From NCBI RefSeq assembly GCF_001457615.1, contig NZ_LN831024.1, positions 3,720,001 through 3,752,000 on the forward strand: a stretch of DNA of 32,000 nucleotides, read 5' to 3'. The translations under genes and the position numbers were made by a program. Numbering within the stretch: the first letter of the stretch is position 1; each line of letters starts with the position of its first letter. The stretch is from Pseudomonas aeruginosa (GTDB taxonomy: Bacteria > Pseudomonadota > Gammaproteobacteria > Pseudomonadales > Pseudomonadaceae). This document shows, piece by piece, positions 22,574 through 32,000 of this stretch. The notes below the pieces were generated by a model. That model worked only from the letters and a program-made list of their open reading frames with translations. It was not told where the DNA came from and did no database searches.

Positions 22574-22597
22574 CGCCCGGGCCCGCAGGCCCGGGCG
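22574..22597 (-). terminator. Strong hairpin after the DUF4892-like gene; possible terminator without a clear U-tract
   Basis: CGCCCGGGCC CGCA GGCCCGGGCG perfect 10-4-10 stem 7 nt beyond the stop at 22605; only a mixed AAAA stretch follows on the minus strand. Confidence 0.45.
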
Positions 22598-22604
22598 AAC
22601 GCGT

Positions 22605-23411
22605 TCAACGCAGCCAGTTGAGGTGCAGGCCCTCGACCTCCGACTGGCCCAGATCCATGCGGCTGTTCAGCACGCCCTGCCCGCGCAGGGCGTCGCGCCA
22701 CTCCTGGGCGTGCTTGCCGGACAGCTCGACCCGCACCCCGGTATCCAGGCGCAGGGTCCGCACCAGCAGCTCCAACCAGGAGCCGGCCGGCTCCGCCGGC
22801 ACATGGCTGAGGGTCAGTTCGCCGTTGGCCTTGAGCAGGCGCAGCAGGGTCGCCGGGCTCGGCAGCAGTTCCGCCAGCGGCGCATCGGCCTTGAGCTCCT
22901 CGGCCTGCAGGTAGGCGCGGCGATTGCCACGGGTGATCGAGTAGACCGCCACCAGGCTGTTCTCCTGCGGCGCCGCCAGACGCACCAGCAGGTAGGCCTG
23001 CTGCTCGTCCGGGCCGTACAGCTTGGCATTGCCGAACACGGCGTTGGCCAGCAGGCTGCTGGAGCCGCAGTCGCGTCGCTCGCACCAGAACAACGGCGTG
23101 GCGTCGGCCTTGAGCAGCGCGGTGCGCGCCGCGGCGAACGCCTCCTGGCTGCTGTGCTCGGGCGGCAAGCGGTAGGTCAGTGCGGTCAGCTCGCCTTCGG
23201 CGCGCACCTCGCCCTCCATGCGCAGGCGACCGCTGATGCGACTGATCGCCCCTAGCGGGTAGATCCGTTCCTCACTCGGCGCCTGACGGAAGTCGACGAT
23301 CTCGGCGCGCGGGAAGCGCGGCAGGATGTCCAGGTCATGGCTGCCGGGAAGGTCGGCGGCCAGCGCCGAAAAGCTGAAAACGCCCAGGGATAGCAACAGG
23401 AACCCTCGCAT
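22605..23411 (-). CDS. Exported protein of unknown function (DUF4892-like)
   Basis: MRGFLLLSLGVFSFSALAADLPGSHDLDILPRFPRAEIVDFRQ...; FWCERRDCGSSSLLANAVFG. ATG at 23411; the ORF track start (TTG 23423) overlaps the upstream gene. Confidence 0.8.
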   Translation of the reverse strand: MRGFLLLSLGVFSFSALAADLPGSHDLDILPRFPRAEIVDFRQAPSEERIYPLGAISRISGRLRMEGEVRAEGELTALTYRLPPEHSSQEAFAAARTALLKADATPLFWCERRDCGSSSLLANAVFGNAKLYGPDEQQAYLLVRLAAPQENSLVAVYSITRGNRRAYLQAEELKADAPLAELLPSPATLLRLLKANGELTLSHVPAEPAGSWLELLVRTLRLDTGVRVELSGKHAQEWRDALRGQGVLNSRMDLGQSEVEGLHLNWLR

Positions 23412-23419
23412 ACCGGCCC

Positions 23420-25018
<1,599 letters not shown>

Positions 25019-25022
<4 letters not shown>

Positions 25023-25831
25023 GCCGAACGCTCCTCGGTCGCCCGCGACCAGCGATCGAACACGCCTTTCAGCAGTTCGGCGGTTTCCCGCGGGCGCTCC
25101 AGCGGGAACATGTGGCCGCCGGGCAGCGACATGAACTCGCCGCGCGGCATCGCCCGGATCAGCCGGGTGTGGTGCGGCAACACCACCTTGCTGTGCCGCC
25201 CGCGCACCATCGCCAGCGGCACCTGCAACTGTCGTGGACGCCCTGGGCTGCTGTGCGGCACGCTACGGTAGATGCTGATCTCGGTGGCCGGATCGAAGCG
25301 CAGGCGCAGGCCGGAACCGCCGCCGCTGTCGGCCAGCCCGTGGCGTACGTAGGCCTCCAGGCAATCGGGGTCGAAGCGGCGGAACAGCGCCTTGCCGGAG
25401 AAGTACGCCCGCGCCTCTTCCAGGTCGGGGAACGCCTCGCGACGCCCCAGGGTGCGCCCGGCCGGAGTGATCCGGTCGATGAAGCCGAAGCGCTTGGCGG
25501 CACGGATCACCAGGCGGTCGGCGAGGGTCAGCACCGGCGAATCGAGCATCACCACGCCGCGGTAGAGTTCCGGCCGGCGCAGCGCCGCGTGGTAGTGCAG
25601 CACGCCGCCGAGGGAATGGCCGACGCCCCAGACCGGCTGTTCCAGGCTGGCGAGGTGGTGCAGCAGTTCGTCCACCAGGTTGTCCCAGTTGTCGTTCACC
25701 GGAAAACGCGGGTCGTGCCCGTGCATTTCCAGGTGATCCACCCGATACTCCGGCGCCAACGCCTCGAACAGCTTGGCGTAGGTAGCCGACGGGAAGCCGT
25801 TGGCGTGGGCGAAGAAAACCGATTGCGACAT
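25019..25831 (-). CDS. Alpha/beta hydrolase
   Basis: MSQSVFFAHANGFPSATYAKLFEALAPEYRVDHLEMHGHDPRFPV..., GVGHSLGGVLHYHAA, LPGGHMFPLERP; stop overlaps the next gene's ATG (ATGA). Confidence 0.92.
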
Positions 25832-25932
25832 GCGCGACGTCTCGACAGGGCTGATGCCAGGGATTCTCCGGCAGCCTCGCCGAGGCGGCAATGGCTTTGC
25901 CGGCTGCCTTGCACGGCGAAGCGGCCAAAACC

Positions 25933-26574
25933 TCAGGCAGAGCGGACGAGATGCTCGAGGATCGCCGCCGCCACCAGCAGGAACACCACCCCGCAGGCCG
26001 CGTCCAGCCAGGGCACCGCGCGCAACAGGCGGGTCTGCAGGGCCGGGCGGGTAAGGGTCAGGCTGAGCAGGCCGAACCAGCAGGCGCCCATGCCGAACAG
26101 CAGCGCCGCCACCGCCAGTTTGCCGCCGAGCGACATCTGCGCGGGAATCAGGCTGCCGAGCAAGGCGATGAAGAACACCAGCGCCTTGGGATTGAACAGA
26201 TTGGTCGCCACTCCGCGCAGCCAGGGCCCCAGGGGCGACGGCGGCAGTGCCCCGTCGAGCCGGCCCGGCTGGCCGTCGCCGCGCCGCAGCCAGGCGCGCA
26301 GCGCGCCGACGCCGAGCCAGGCCAGGTACAGCGCGCCGAGCGCCTGCAGGATGGCGAACAGCACAGGCGTACGGCTGAGCAGCAGCGACACGCCGGTCAG
26401 CACCAGGGTGGTATGCAGGAGAATCCCGCAGGCCAGCCCCAGCGCGCTGGCCAGGCCGGCCCGCCGCCCCTGGTGCAGGGACGTGCGCACCACCAGGGCG
26501 ACATCGGGACCGGGGCTGACCAGGGCTATGGCGAACACCGCCGCCAGGGTCAGCAAGACAGACAATTCCTGCAT
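25933..26574 (-). CDS. LysE/RhtB family amino-acid exporter
   Basis: MQELSVLLTLAAVFAIALVSPGPDVALVVRTSLHQGRRAGLASALGLACGILLH, FNPKALVFFIALLGSLI. Confidence 0.93.
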   Translation of the reverse strand: MQELSVLLTLAAVFAIALVSPGPDVALVVRTSLHQGRRAGLASALGLACGILLHTTLVLTGVSLLLSRTPVLFAILQALGALYLAWLGVGALRAWLRRGDGQPGRLDGALPPSPLGPWLRGVATNLFNPKALVFFIALLGSLIPAQMSLGGKLAVAALLFGMGACWFGLLSLTLTRPALQTRLLRAVPWLDAACGVVFLLVAAAILEHLVRSA

Positions 26575-26614
26575 GGCTACTCCACGAAAAAGGGATCGGA
26601 AAGGAAAACGCGAA

Positions 26615-27439
26615 TCAGCGCTGGCGCAGGCGCGCCGGCGGTAACCCATAGGTGCGCCGGAACAGACGGCTGAAGTGCGCCTGGTCGTAGAAACCGAACT
26701 GCTGGGCCACCTGGCTCAATGGCTGCTCGCCGCGCAGAACCAGCGGCAAGGCGCGCTCCAGGCGCAGTTGGGTCAGCCACTGGTGGGGCGGCAGGCCGCA
26801 GTGACGGCGGAAGCGCCGCAGCACCTGCCAGGGGCTCAGGCCGCAGAAGGCGGCCAGTTCCTCCAGGTTCGGCGGGTACTCCAGGCGCGACTCCAGCCAG
26901 TCGCGCAGCCGCGTCCAGTCGCGCTGGCCGAAGCCTTCCCGGTCGCCCTCCTCCAGGCGCAGGCTGCTGCCCAGGCTGAGCAGGCAGGCCAGCGCCTGCC
27001 AGAGGTGCTCTTCCAGGGCCAGACGGTTCTCCAGCGCCGCCGCTCCGCCGAGCATGCCCAGGTGCAACTGACGCAGGCGCTGCTGCAGACGCTCGTCGCG
27101 GACCAGGCTACTGGTCAGACGCGGCGCCCCCCGACGGCCGTCGCTGAAGTCACGGCTGGCGCGCTCCAGCCAGTCGGCATCGAGCGCCAGGACGCGGATA
27201 CGGTAGCCCTCCTCGCCGGCGCTGCTGCCGTCGTGGATGCTTTCCGGCGCCATCAGCAACGCGTCGCCGGCCCCGGCCAGGCGCCGTTCGCCGCCGGCGG
27301 CATAGCGATGCCGGCCCTGCAACAGCAAGCCGATGTGGTACTCCAGGTGGAAGTGCCGGGGAAAGGAAAAGCGGTTGTGCTCGGCGTCTATCAGGCGTAC
27401 GCCGGGAATCCCGCTGCTGAGATGGGTGACCTGTTCCAT
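26615..27439 (-). CDS. AraC-family transcriptional regulator with cupin-type N-terminus
   Basis: N-terminal FPRHFHLEYHIGLLLQGRHRY; C-terminal LEELAAFCGLSPWQVLRRFRRHCGLPPHQWLTQLRLERALPLVLRGEQPLSQVAQQFGFYDQAHFSRLFRRTYGLPP. Confidence 0.94.
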   Translation of the reverse strand: MEQVTHLSSGIPGVRLIDAEHNRFSFPRHFHLEYHIGLLLQGRHRYAAGGERRLAGAGDALLMAPESIHDGSSAGEEGYRIRVLALDADWLERASRDFSDGRRGAPRLTSSLVRDERLQQRLRQLHLGMLGGAAALENRLALEEHLWQALACLLSLGSSLRLEEGDREGFGQRDWTRLRDWLESRLEYPPNLEELAAFCGLSPWQVLRRFRRHCGLPPHQWLTQLRLERALPLVLRGEQPLSQVAQQFGFYDQAHFSRLFRRTYGLPPARLRQR

Positions 27440-27496
27440 CCCGCTACTCTACCGCCCGCGGGACGGAACGATCTTGGACAAAATTGCGGACCGCGC

Positions 27497-27934
27497 TCAG
27501 CCCGCCCTGCCCGCCAATGGCACCACCGCCATGGTCAGGCGGGCGATGCAGCTCGGCTTGCCGTCGTCGCCACTGAGGCGGATGTCCCAGACATGGGTGG
27601 TGCGCCCCAGGTGGATCGCCCTGGCCACCGCGGTGACCCGGCCGCTGCGCAGGCCACGCAGGTGGTTGGCGTTCACTTCCAGGCCGACGCAGTAGTACTG
27701 GCTGGTATCGACGCACAGGTAGCTGGCCATCGAGCCCAGGCTTTCCGCGAGGACCACCGAGGCGCCGCCATGCAGCAGGCCGAACGGCTGGTGGGTACGC
27801 GAGTCGACCGGCATGCTGGCGGTCAGCGACTCGTCGTCGAAGGCTTCGAAGCGGATGCCAAGCAGGTCGCCGATGCTGTTCTTCTGCGAGGCGTTCAGTT
27901 GCTCCAGGTCGGGCGTTTGTCGCCAGAGGCTCAT
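27497..27934 (-). CDS. Hotdog-fold acyl-CoA thioesterase (PaaI/MenI-like)
   Basis: MSLWRQTPDLEQLNASQKNSIGDLLGIRFEAFDDESLTASMPVDSRTHQPFGLLHGGASVVLAESLGSMAS. ATG at 27934 with AAGGA upstream. Confidence 0.93.
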   Translation of the reverse strand: MSLWRQTPDLEQLNASQKNSIGDLLGIRFEAFDDESLTASMPVDSRTHQPFGLLHGGASVVLAESLGSMASYLCVDTSQYYCVGLEVNANHLRGLRSGRVTAVARAIHLGRTTHVWDIRLSGDDGKPSCIARLTMAVVPLAGRAG

Positions 27935-27983
27935 GGGAATTCCTTGCGCAAGGGGGAAGCCAAGGGCTTCCCGTCGGTGGGAG

Positions 27984-29651
27984 TCATTCGTGCCAGAGCA
28001 CGGCCTCGCGGCGTTCCACCCATTCGTGGAAGCGCGAGCCATAGGCACCTTCCACCATATTGCGCTTGATCTTCAAGGTCGGCGTGAGGAAACCGTTGTC
28101 CACCGCCCAGGTTTCCTGCACCAGGACCAGGCCGACCAGGCGCTCGTGCTTGTCAAGCGCACCGTTGACCTGTTCCAGGTGCGCCCGCAGGCTGCTTTCC
28201 AGCGCCCCGCGGGTCCCGTTGAGGGCCTCCCGGCGACCGACCTCGGAGAGCACGCAGAGCCCCAACGGCGCGCTGAGGCCCTCGCCGACCACGCAGACCT
28301 GCTCGATGCGATCGTGTACCGCCAGGCGGTTCTCGATCGGCGCCGGCGCCACGTACTTGCCCTTGCTGGTCTTGAAGATTTCCTTCATCCGCCCGGTCAG
28401 GCGCAGGTTGCCTTCGGCGTCCTGCTCGCCCTTGTCGCCGGTGCGCAGGAAACCGTCGGCGGTGAGCACCTCGGCGGTCTTCTCCGGCTCCTTGTAGTAG
28501 CCGACCATGGTCGCGCCGCTACGCACCTGCACCTCGCCCTCGTCGCTGATGCGTACCTCGACGCCGGGGCTGTTCTGGCCGATCCAGCCGGTCTTCTGCC
28601 TGCCGGGCCGGCAGACGTGGGAGTAACCGCTGTTCTCGGTCATCCCGTAGACCTCGAGCACATCCAGGCCCAGGCGGCGATACCAGAGCAGCAGCGCCTC
28701 GGGTACCGGCGCCGCGCCGCAGAGCGCGTAGCGCACCGCGTCCAGGCCTAGCCCGGCGAGCACCTTGCGACCGACGATGCGGCCGAGGATCGGCAGCTTC
28801 AGCAGGCGGTCGAGCTTCTGCGCCGGCATCTTCGAATACACCCCCATCTGGAACTTGGTCCAGATGCGCGGCACGCCGAACAGCAGGGTCGGCCGCGCAC
28901 GCTTCATGTCCTCGACGAAGGTGTCCAGGCTTTCGGCGAAGAACACCGTGGTTCCCCCGTAGAGCGACCCCATCTCGACGAACATCCGCTCCGCCACGTG
29001 GCACAGCGGCAGGTAGGAGAGCATCCGGTCGTCTTCGCGGGTGCCGAACAGTTCCACGCCGCGGCTGGCGGCGAAGGCGAAACTGCTGAAGTTGTGCATC
29101 ACCCCCTTGGGCACGCCGGTGGTTCCGGAGGTGTAGATCAGGGTGGCGAGTTGCTCGGCGGCGGTCGGCGTGTCGCCTTCGAGCGGCGCGCAGGCCTGTA
29201 GGTCGCTCCACTGGCGGTCGAAACGCCCTTCCGGGTGCAACGGCATGGCCACGGTCGGTATGCCCTCGGGGACTCCGGGCGCCATCGCCGGCCAGTCGTC
29301 GAGCTTGCCGACGAAGACCACCGCCGACTCGGAATGCTCCAGCACCTGGCGCGCCGACTCGGCGGTGAGATTGGGATAGAGGGGGACGGAAACGTGCCCG
29401 GCCATCCAGATCGCCAGGTCAGTGACGATCCAGTGCGCACAGTTCTTCGAGATGATCGCGATACGGCTGCCGGCGGGGAGATCCAGGCTGCGCAACCAGG
29501 CGGCTGCACGCCGCGCCTGGTCGCCCACCTCGCCCCAGCTCAGCTCCTCGACCCGGCCGCCACCGATGGGCTGCACCAGGTAACGCCGTTGCGGATGACG
29601 CTTTTCGCGCTCGAAGAAGACTTCGAGCGGCAGACGATTTGCAGTGACCAC
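27984..29651 (-). CDS. AMP-forming acyl-CoA synthetase (long-chain fatty-acid-CoA ligase-like)
   Basis: LIYTSGTTGVPKGVMH, EVYGMTENSG, LRTGDKGEQDAEGNLRLTGRMKEIFKTSKGKYVAPAPIE. GTG at 29651 preceded by GGAGG with 6-nt spacing is a better start than TTG 29690. Confidence 0.95.
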   Translation of the reverse strand: MVTANRLPLEVFFEREKRHPQRRYLVQPIGGGRVEELSWGEVGDQARRAAAWLRSLDLPAGSRIAIISKNCAHWIVTDLAIWMAGHVSVPLYPNLTAESARQVLEHSESAVVFVGKLDDWPAMAPGVPEGIPTVAMPLHPEGRFDRQWSDLQACAPLEGDTPTAAEQLATLIYTSGTTGVPKGVMHNFSSFAFAASRGVELFGTREDDRMLSYLPLCHVAERMFVEMGSLYGGTTVFFAESLDTFVEDMKRARPTLLFGVPRIWTKFQMGVYSKMPAQKLDRLLKLPILGRIVGRKVLAGLGLDAVRYALCGAAPVPEALLLWYRRLGLDVLEVYGMTENSGYSHVCRPGRQKTGWIGQNSPGVEVRISDEGEVQVRSGATMVGYYKEPEKTAEVLTADGFLRTGDKGEQDAEGNLRLTGRMKEIFKTSKGKYVAPAPIENRLAVHDRIEQVCVVGEGLSAPLGLCVLSEVGRREALNGTRGALESSLRAHLEQVNGALDKHERLVGLVLVQETWAVDNGFLTPTLKIKRNMVEGAYGSRFHEWVERREAVLWHE

Positions 29652-29683
29652 GTACCGCCTCCGTTGTTGTTGTTCTGGGAGAT

Positions 29684-29705
29684 CGACCAAGCACTTGCTT
29701 GGTCG
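29684..29705. promoter_or_regulatory. Perfect palindromic operator upstream of acyl-CoA synthetase (TetR-type spacing)
   Basis: CGACCAAGCA CT TGCTTGGTCG: 10-bp arms, 2-nt centre, starting 33 nt upstream of the GTG start. Confidence 0.65.
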
Positions 29706-29777
29706 AATATTCCATCACAGCCAACCGCAGGCAAGCCGGGAAATGTTTCGGTTTGTAGTCGTTGTGCCAGGCGCTTC

Positions 29778-30242
29778 CTAGCCGTGCCGCGGGTGATGCA
29801 GCGAGACCAGGGTCATCAGCCCGGCGGCGGCGAAGTCGCCTTCCAGCTCGGCCAGCGAGGCAGTGCTCATCGGCAACGGATCGCGCCGGTTGCCATGCAC
29901 CAGCAGACCGCCCAGCGCCCCGACCAGGGGCTGGTGGCTGACCAGCAGGAGATTGCGCTCGCTGCGCTCGTCGAGGAAACCGAGCACCTCGCGCGGATCG
30001 TCGTCGGGGGTCAACCAGGGCGCGGTGCCGACCGGCTCGACCAGGCCCAGTGCCTCGCGCACCAGCTCGGCGGTCTGCTGGGCGCGCACGTAGGGGCTGG
30101 CGAGAATCCCGTCCAGCGGCAACCCGGCCAGCCGCGCGGCGCTCTGCAGCACCTCCTTGCGTCCATGGGCGGTCAGGCGCCGCTCGGAATCCCGGCTGGC
30201 GTGCGGTTCGGCCTCGCCGTGGCGCAACAGCCAGAGTTTCAC
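29778..30242 (-). CDS. sixA: Phosphohistidine phosphatase SixA
   Basis: 154 aa, GTG start: VKLWLLRHGEAEPHASRDSERRLTAHGRKEV, ASPYVRAQQTAE, LLVSHQPLVGAL. Confidence 0.92.
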   Translation of the reverse strand: MKLWLLRHGEAEPHASRDSERRLTAHGRKEVLQSAARLAGLPLDGILASPYVRAQQTAELVREALGLVEPVGTAPWLTPDDDPREVLGFLDERSERNLLLVSHQPLVGALGGLLVHGNRRDPLPMSTASLAELEGDFAAAGLMTLVSLHHPRHG

Positions 30243-30580
30243 AACTTCGGCTCTTCGTCGCGCGCCGGGTGCGCGGCGGGCGGCACGCTGTGGGCGGCCT
30301 CGCCCTCGGCGGCGCGGGCGCTCGGCCAGTCGGCGAACGGCCAGGGTTTCTCGTCGCTGTGGAAGGTACCGAAACGGCCGATCTGCGCCAGGTACTGGCT
30401 GAGGCTGTCGCCGAAAGCCATCAGGCTGCCGTTCGGCGCGCCGTAGATCAGTCGGTAGACCAGTTGGATCACCACCACCGCCCCGAGGAGCAGTTCGGCG
30501 ACCTGCCAGACCAGGACGAACAGCAGCATCCAGAGGATGCGGATGGCGATCGATTCGCGTGCTTGCGGGTCTGCGGACAT
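30239..30580 (-). CDS. DUF4389-like small membrane protein
   Basis: 113 aa: ILWMLLFVLVWQVAELLLGAVVVIQLVYRLIYGAPNGSLMAFGDSLSQYLAQIGRFGTFHSDEKPWPFADWP; GTGA overlap with sixA start. Confidence 0.88.
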   Translation of the reverse strand: MSADPQARESIAIRILWMLLFVLVWQVAELLLGAVVVIQLVYRLIYGAPNGSLMAFGDSLSQYLAQIGRFGTFHSDEKPWPFADWPSARAAEGEAAHSVPPAAHPARDEEPKL

Positions 30581-30593
30581 GGCGGTCTCCTCG

Positions 30594-31616
30594 TCAGAAG
30601 CCGGTGGTGGGAATGAAATCGACGTCGGTCTTCGGCTCGCCGCGCATCAGCAGCTGGATGACCTGCGCCAGGGTGCGGCCTTCGAAGAGGATCGCATGGA
30701 GACCGGCGACCAGCGGCATGTACACCTGCATCTCGTCGGACTTTTCCTTGAGTACCTTGAGAGTGTTCACACCCTCCGCGGTCTCGCCCATGCGCGATAC
30801 CGCCTCCTCCAGACTGAGCCCCTCGCCGAGGGCGTGGCCGACCTGGTAGTTGCGGCTCTTCGGCGAGGAACAGGTGACGATCAGGTCGCCGACGCCGGCG
30901 AGGCCGAGAAAGGTCATCGGGTTGGCACCGAGCTTGACGGCGAACCGGGTCATTTCCGCCAGCGCGCGGGTAATCAGCATGCTGCGGGTGTTCTCGCCCA
31001 TGTCCATCGCCGCGGCCAGGCCGGCCATGATCGCGTAGACGTTCTTCAGCGCACCGCCGAGTTCCACTCCGAAGCGGTCGCGGCTGGCGTAGACGCGGAA
31101 GGTGCGGCCGTGCAGGGCCGCCTGGACGCGGGCGCACAGCTCGTCGTCCTCGCTGGCGACCACCGTGGCGGTCAGCTCGTGCTCTGCGATCTCGCGCGCC
31201 AGGTTCGGGCCGGAAATCACCCCGATGCGGGCTTGCGGGGCGATTTCCTCGAGGATCTCACTCATCAGCTTGAAGGTGTGCGCCTCGATGCCCTTGGTCA
31301 GGCTCACCAGCAGCTTGTCCGTCAATGCCGCCTGATGTGGTTGCAGCACCTTGCGCAGGGCGCTGGAGGGCAAGGCGACGAAGATCAGTTGGCAATCGGC
31401 CAGGGTGCGCTCCAGGTCGGTGACCGGCTCGACCCCGGGATGCACCTTGACCCCTTTCAGGTAGCGCGGGTTCTCGCGTCGGCTGCGGATCGCCTCGGCC
31501 TGCTCCGGGTCGCGCATCCACTGGCGGACCGCCTGGCCGTTCTCGGCCAGCAGGTTGGCGATGGCGGTGCCGAAACTGCCGCCGCCGAGCACGGCAATCG
31601 GTTGCTGCTCTGTCAT
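30594..31616 (-). CDS. gpsA: NAD(P)H-dependent glycerol-3-phosphate dehydrogenase
   Basis: 340 aa: [79 protein letters not shown]. Confidence 0.97.
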   Translation of the reverse strand: MTEQQPIAVLGGGSFGTAIANLLAENGQAVRQWMRDPEQAEAIRSRRENPRYLKGVKVHPGVEPVTDLERTLADCQLIFVALPSSALRKVLQPHQAALTDKLLVSLTKGIEAHTFKLMSEILEEIAPQARIGVISGPNLAREIAEHELTATVVASEDDELCARVQAALHGRTFRVYASRDRFGVELGGALKNVYAIMAGLAAAMDMGENTRSMLITRALAEMTRFAVKLGANPMTFLGLAGVGDLIVTCSSPKSRNYQVGHALGEGLSLEEAVSRMGETAEGVNTLKVLKEKSDEMQVYMPLVAGLHAILFEGRTLAQVIQLLMRGEPKTDVDFIPTTGF

Positions 31617-31654
31617 GATTCATCCATTTCTGGCCGCCACGCGGCAATCACGCC

Positions 31655-31660
31655 ATTATA
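31655..31660 (-). promoter_or_regulatory. Candidate sigma70 -10 (TATAAT) upstream of gpsA
   Basis: ATTATA on the plus strand equals a consensus TATAAT on the minus strand, 38 nt upstream of the gpsA ATG; no good -35. Confidence 0.45.
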
Positions 31661-31766
31661 CGGTCGGCCAGCCGGCCGACCAGTCTTGACGCCGGCGCTG
31701 GCAAAAGCCCGCGCCTCGTTTACCATGCCCGGGCTAGACAATACCTATCGAGAACAAGGTCGTTCC

Positions 31767-32000
31767 GTGCCCATCGCTTCACGTGCTCCCGCCTCCCTGA
31801 CCCTGCTGGCCCTGCTGTTCGGCGGCAAGCTCGCGGCCGCCGACCTGTTCAACGATCCCAGCGGCGTTCCCGAAGTATTGACCGCGACACGCCTGAAACA
31901 ATCCCCGGCGGAAGTTCCCGGCAGCATCAGCGTGCTCGACCGCGAGCTGATCGTCGCCAGCGGCGCCCGCGACATTCCCGAACTGATGCGCCTGGTCCCG
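31767..32000 (+). CDS. TonB-dependent outer-membrane receptor, N-terminus (truncated by window edge)
   Basis: From GTG 31767: VPIASRAPASLTLLALLFGGKLAAADLFNDPSGVPEVLTATRLKQSPAEVPGSISVLDRELIVASGARDIPELMRLVP, signal peptide plus plug-domain start. Confidence 0.85.
   Translation, partial: MPIASRAPASLTLLALLFGGKLAAADLFNDPSGVPEVLTATRLKQSPAEVPGSISVLDRELIVASGARDIPELMRLVP

Noticed and set aside
29740-29755. ccgggaaatgtttcgg as a PsrA-type fatty-acid regulator site
   Set aside because: Only 4-bp GAAA/TTTC arms with 2-nt spacing; this does not match the recalled PsrA-like GAAAC-N4-GTTTC layout.

Overview
The window reads as ordinary high-GC Pseudomonas core chromosome. Gene content and order strongly suggest Pseudomonas aeruginosa, but that is inference because no database search was possible. 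I found no phage, transposon, CRISPR array, rRNA, tRNA or defence island. Supported content from left to right: a partial flavin-reductase-like gene; a GFA-family protein; selU and selD; a small lipoprotein divergent from a patatin-like phospholipase; a secreted protein of unknown function; glutaminase; the complete Kdp K+ uptake system (kdpFABC plus kdpDE, minus strand); acyl-CoA dehydrogenase and an IclR-type regulator, divergent from enoyl-CoA hydratase and a two-domain 3-hydroxyacyl-CoA dehydrogenase; a GntR/FadR-type regulator; a CynX/NimT-like MFS transporter; an AI-2E-transporter-family permease; a periplasmic unknown; a glutathione S-transferase; two overlapping alpha/beta hydrolases; a LysE/RhtB exporter with an AraC regulator; a hotdog thioesterase; an AMP-forming acyl-CoA synthetase; sixA; a small DUF4389-like membrane protein; gpsA; and the start of a TonB-dependent receptor. 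The most interesting signals are regulatory: (1) a repeated operator, TTTCGCATAGCGAAA, at both ends of an AT-rich divergent intergenic region between the IclR regulator and the beta-oxidation genes; (2) AAAG/GCRTAAAG elements on an 11-bp register upstream of kdpF, a plausible KdpE array; (3) a perfect 22-bp palindrome at the acyl-CoA synthetase promoter with no local regulator; (4) a near-perfect 17-bp palindrome just upstream of the GntR-type gene. Large opposite-strand ORFs in the track look like GC-driven shadow ORFs.
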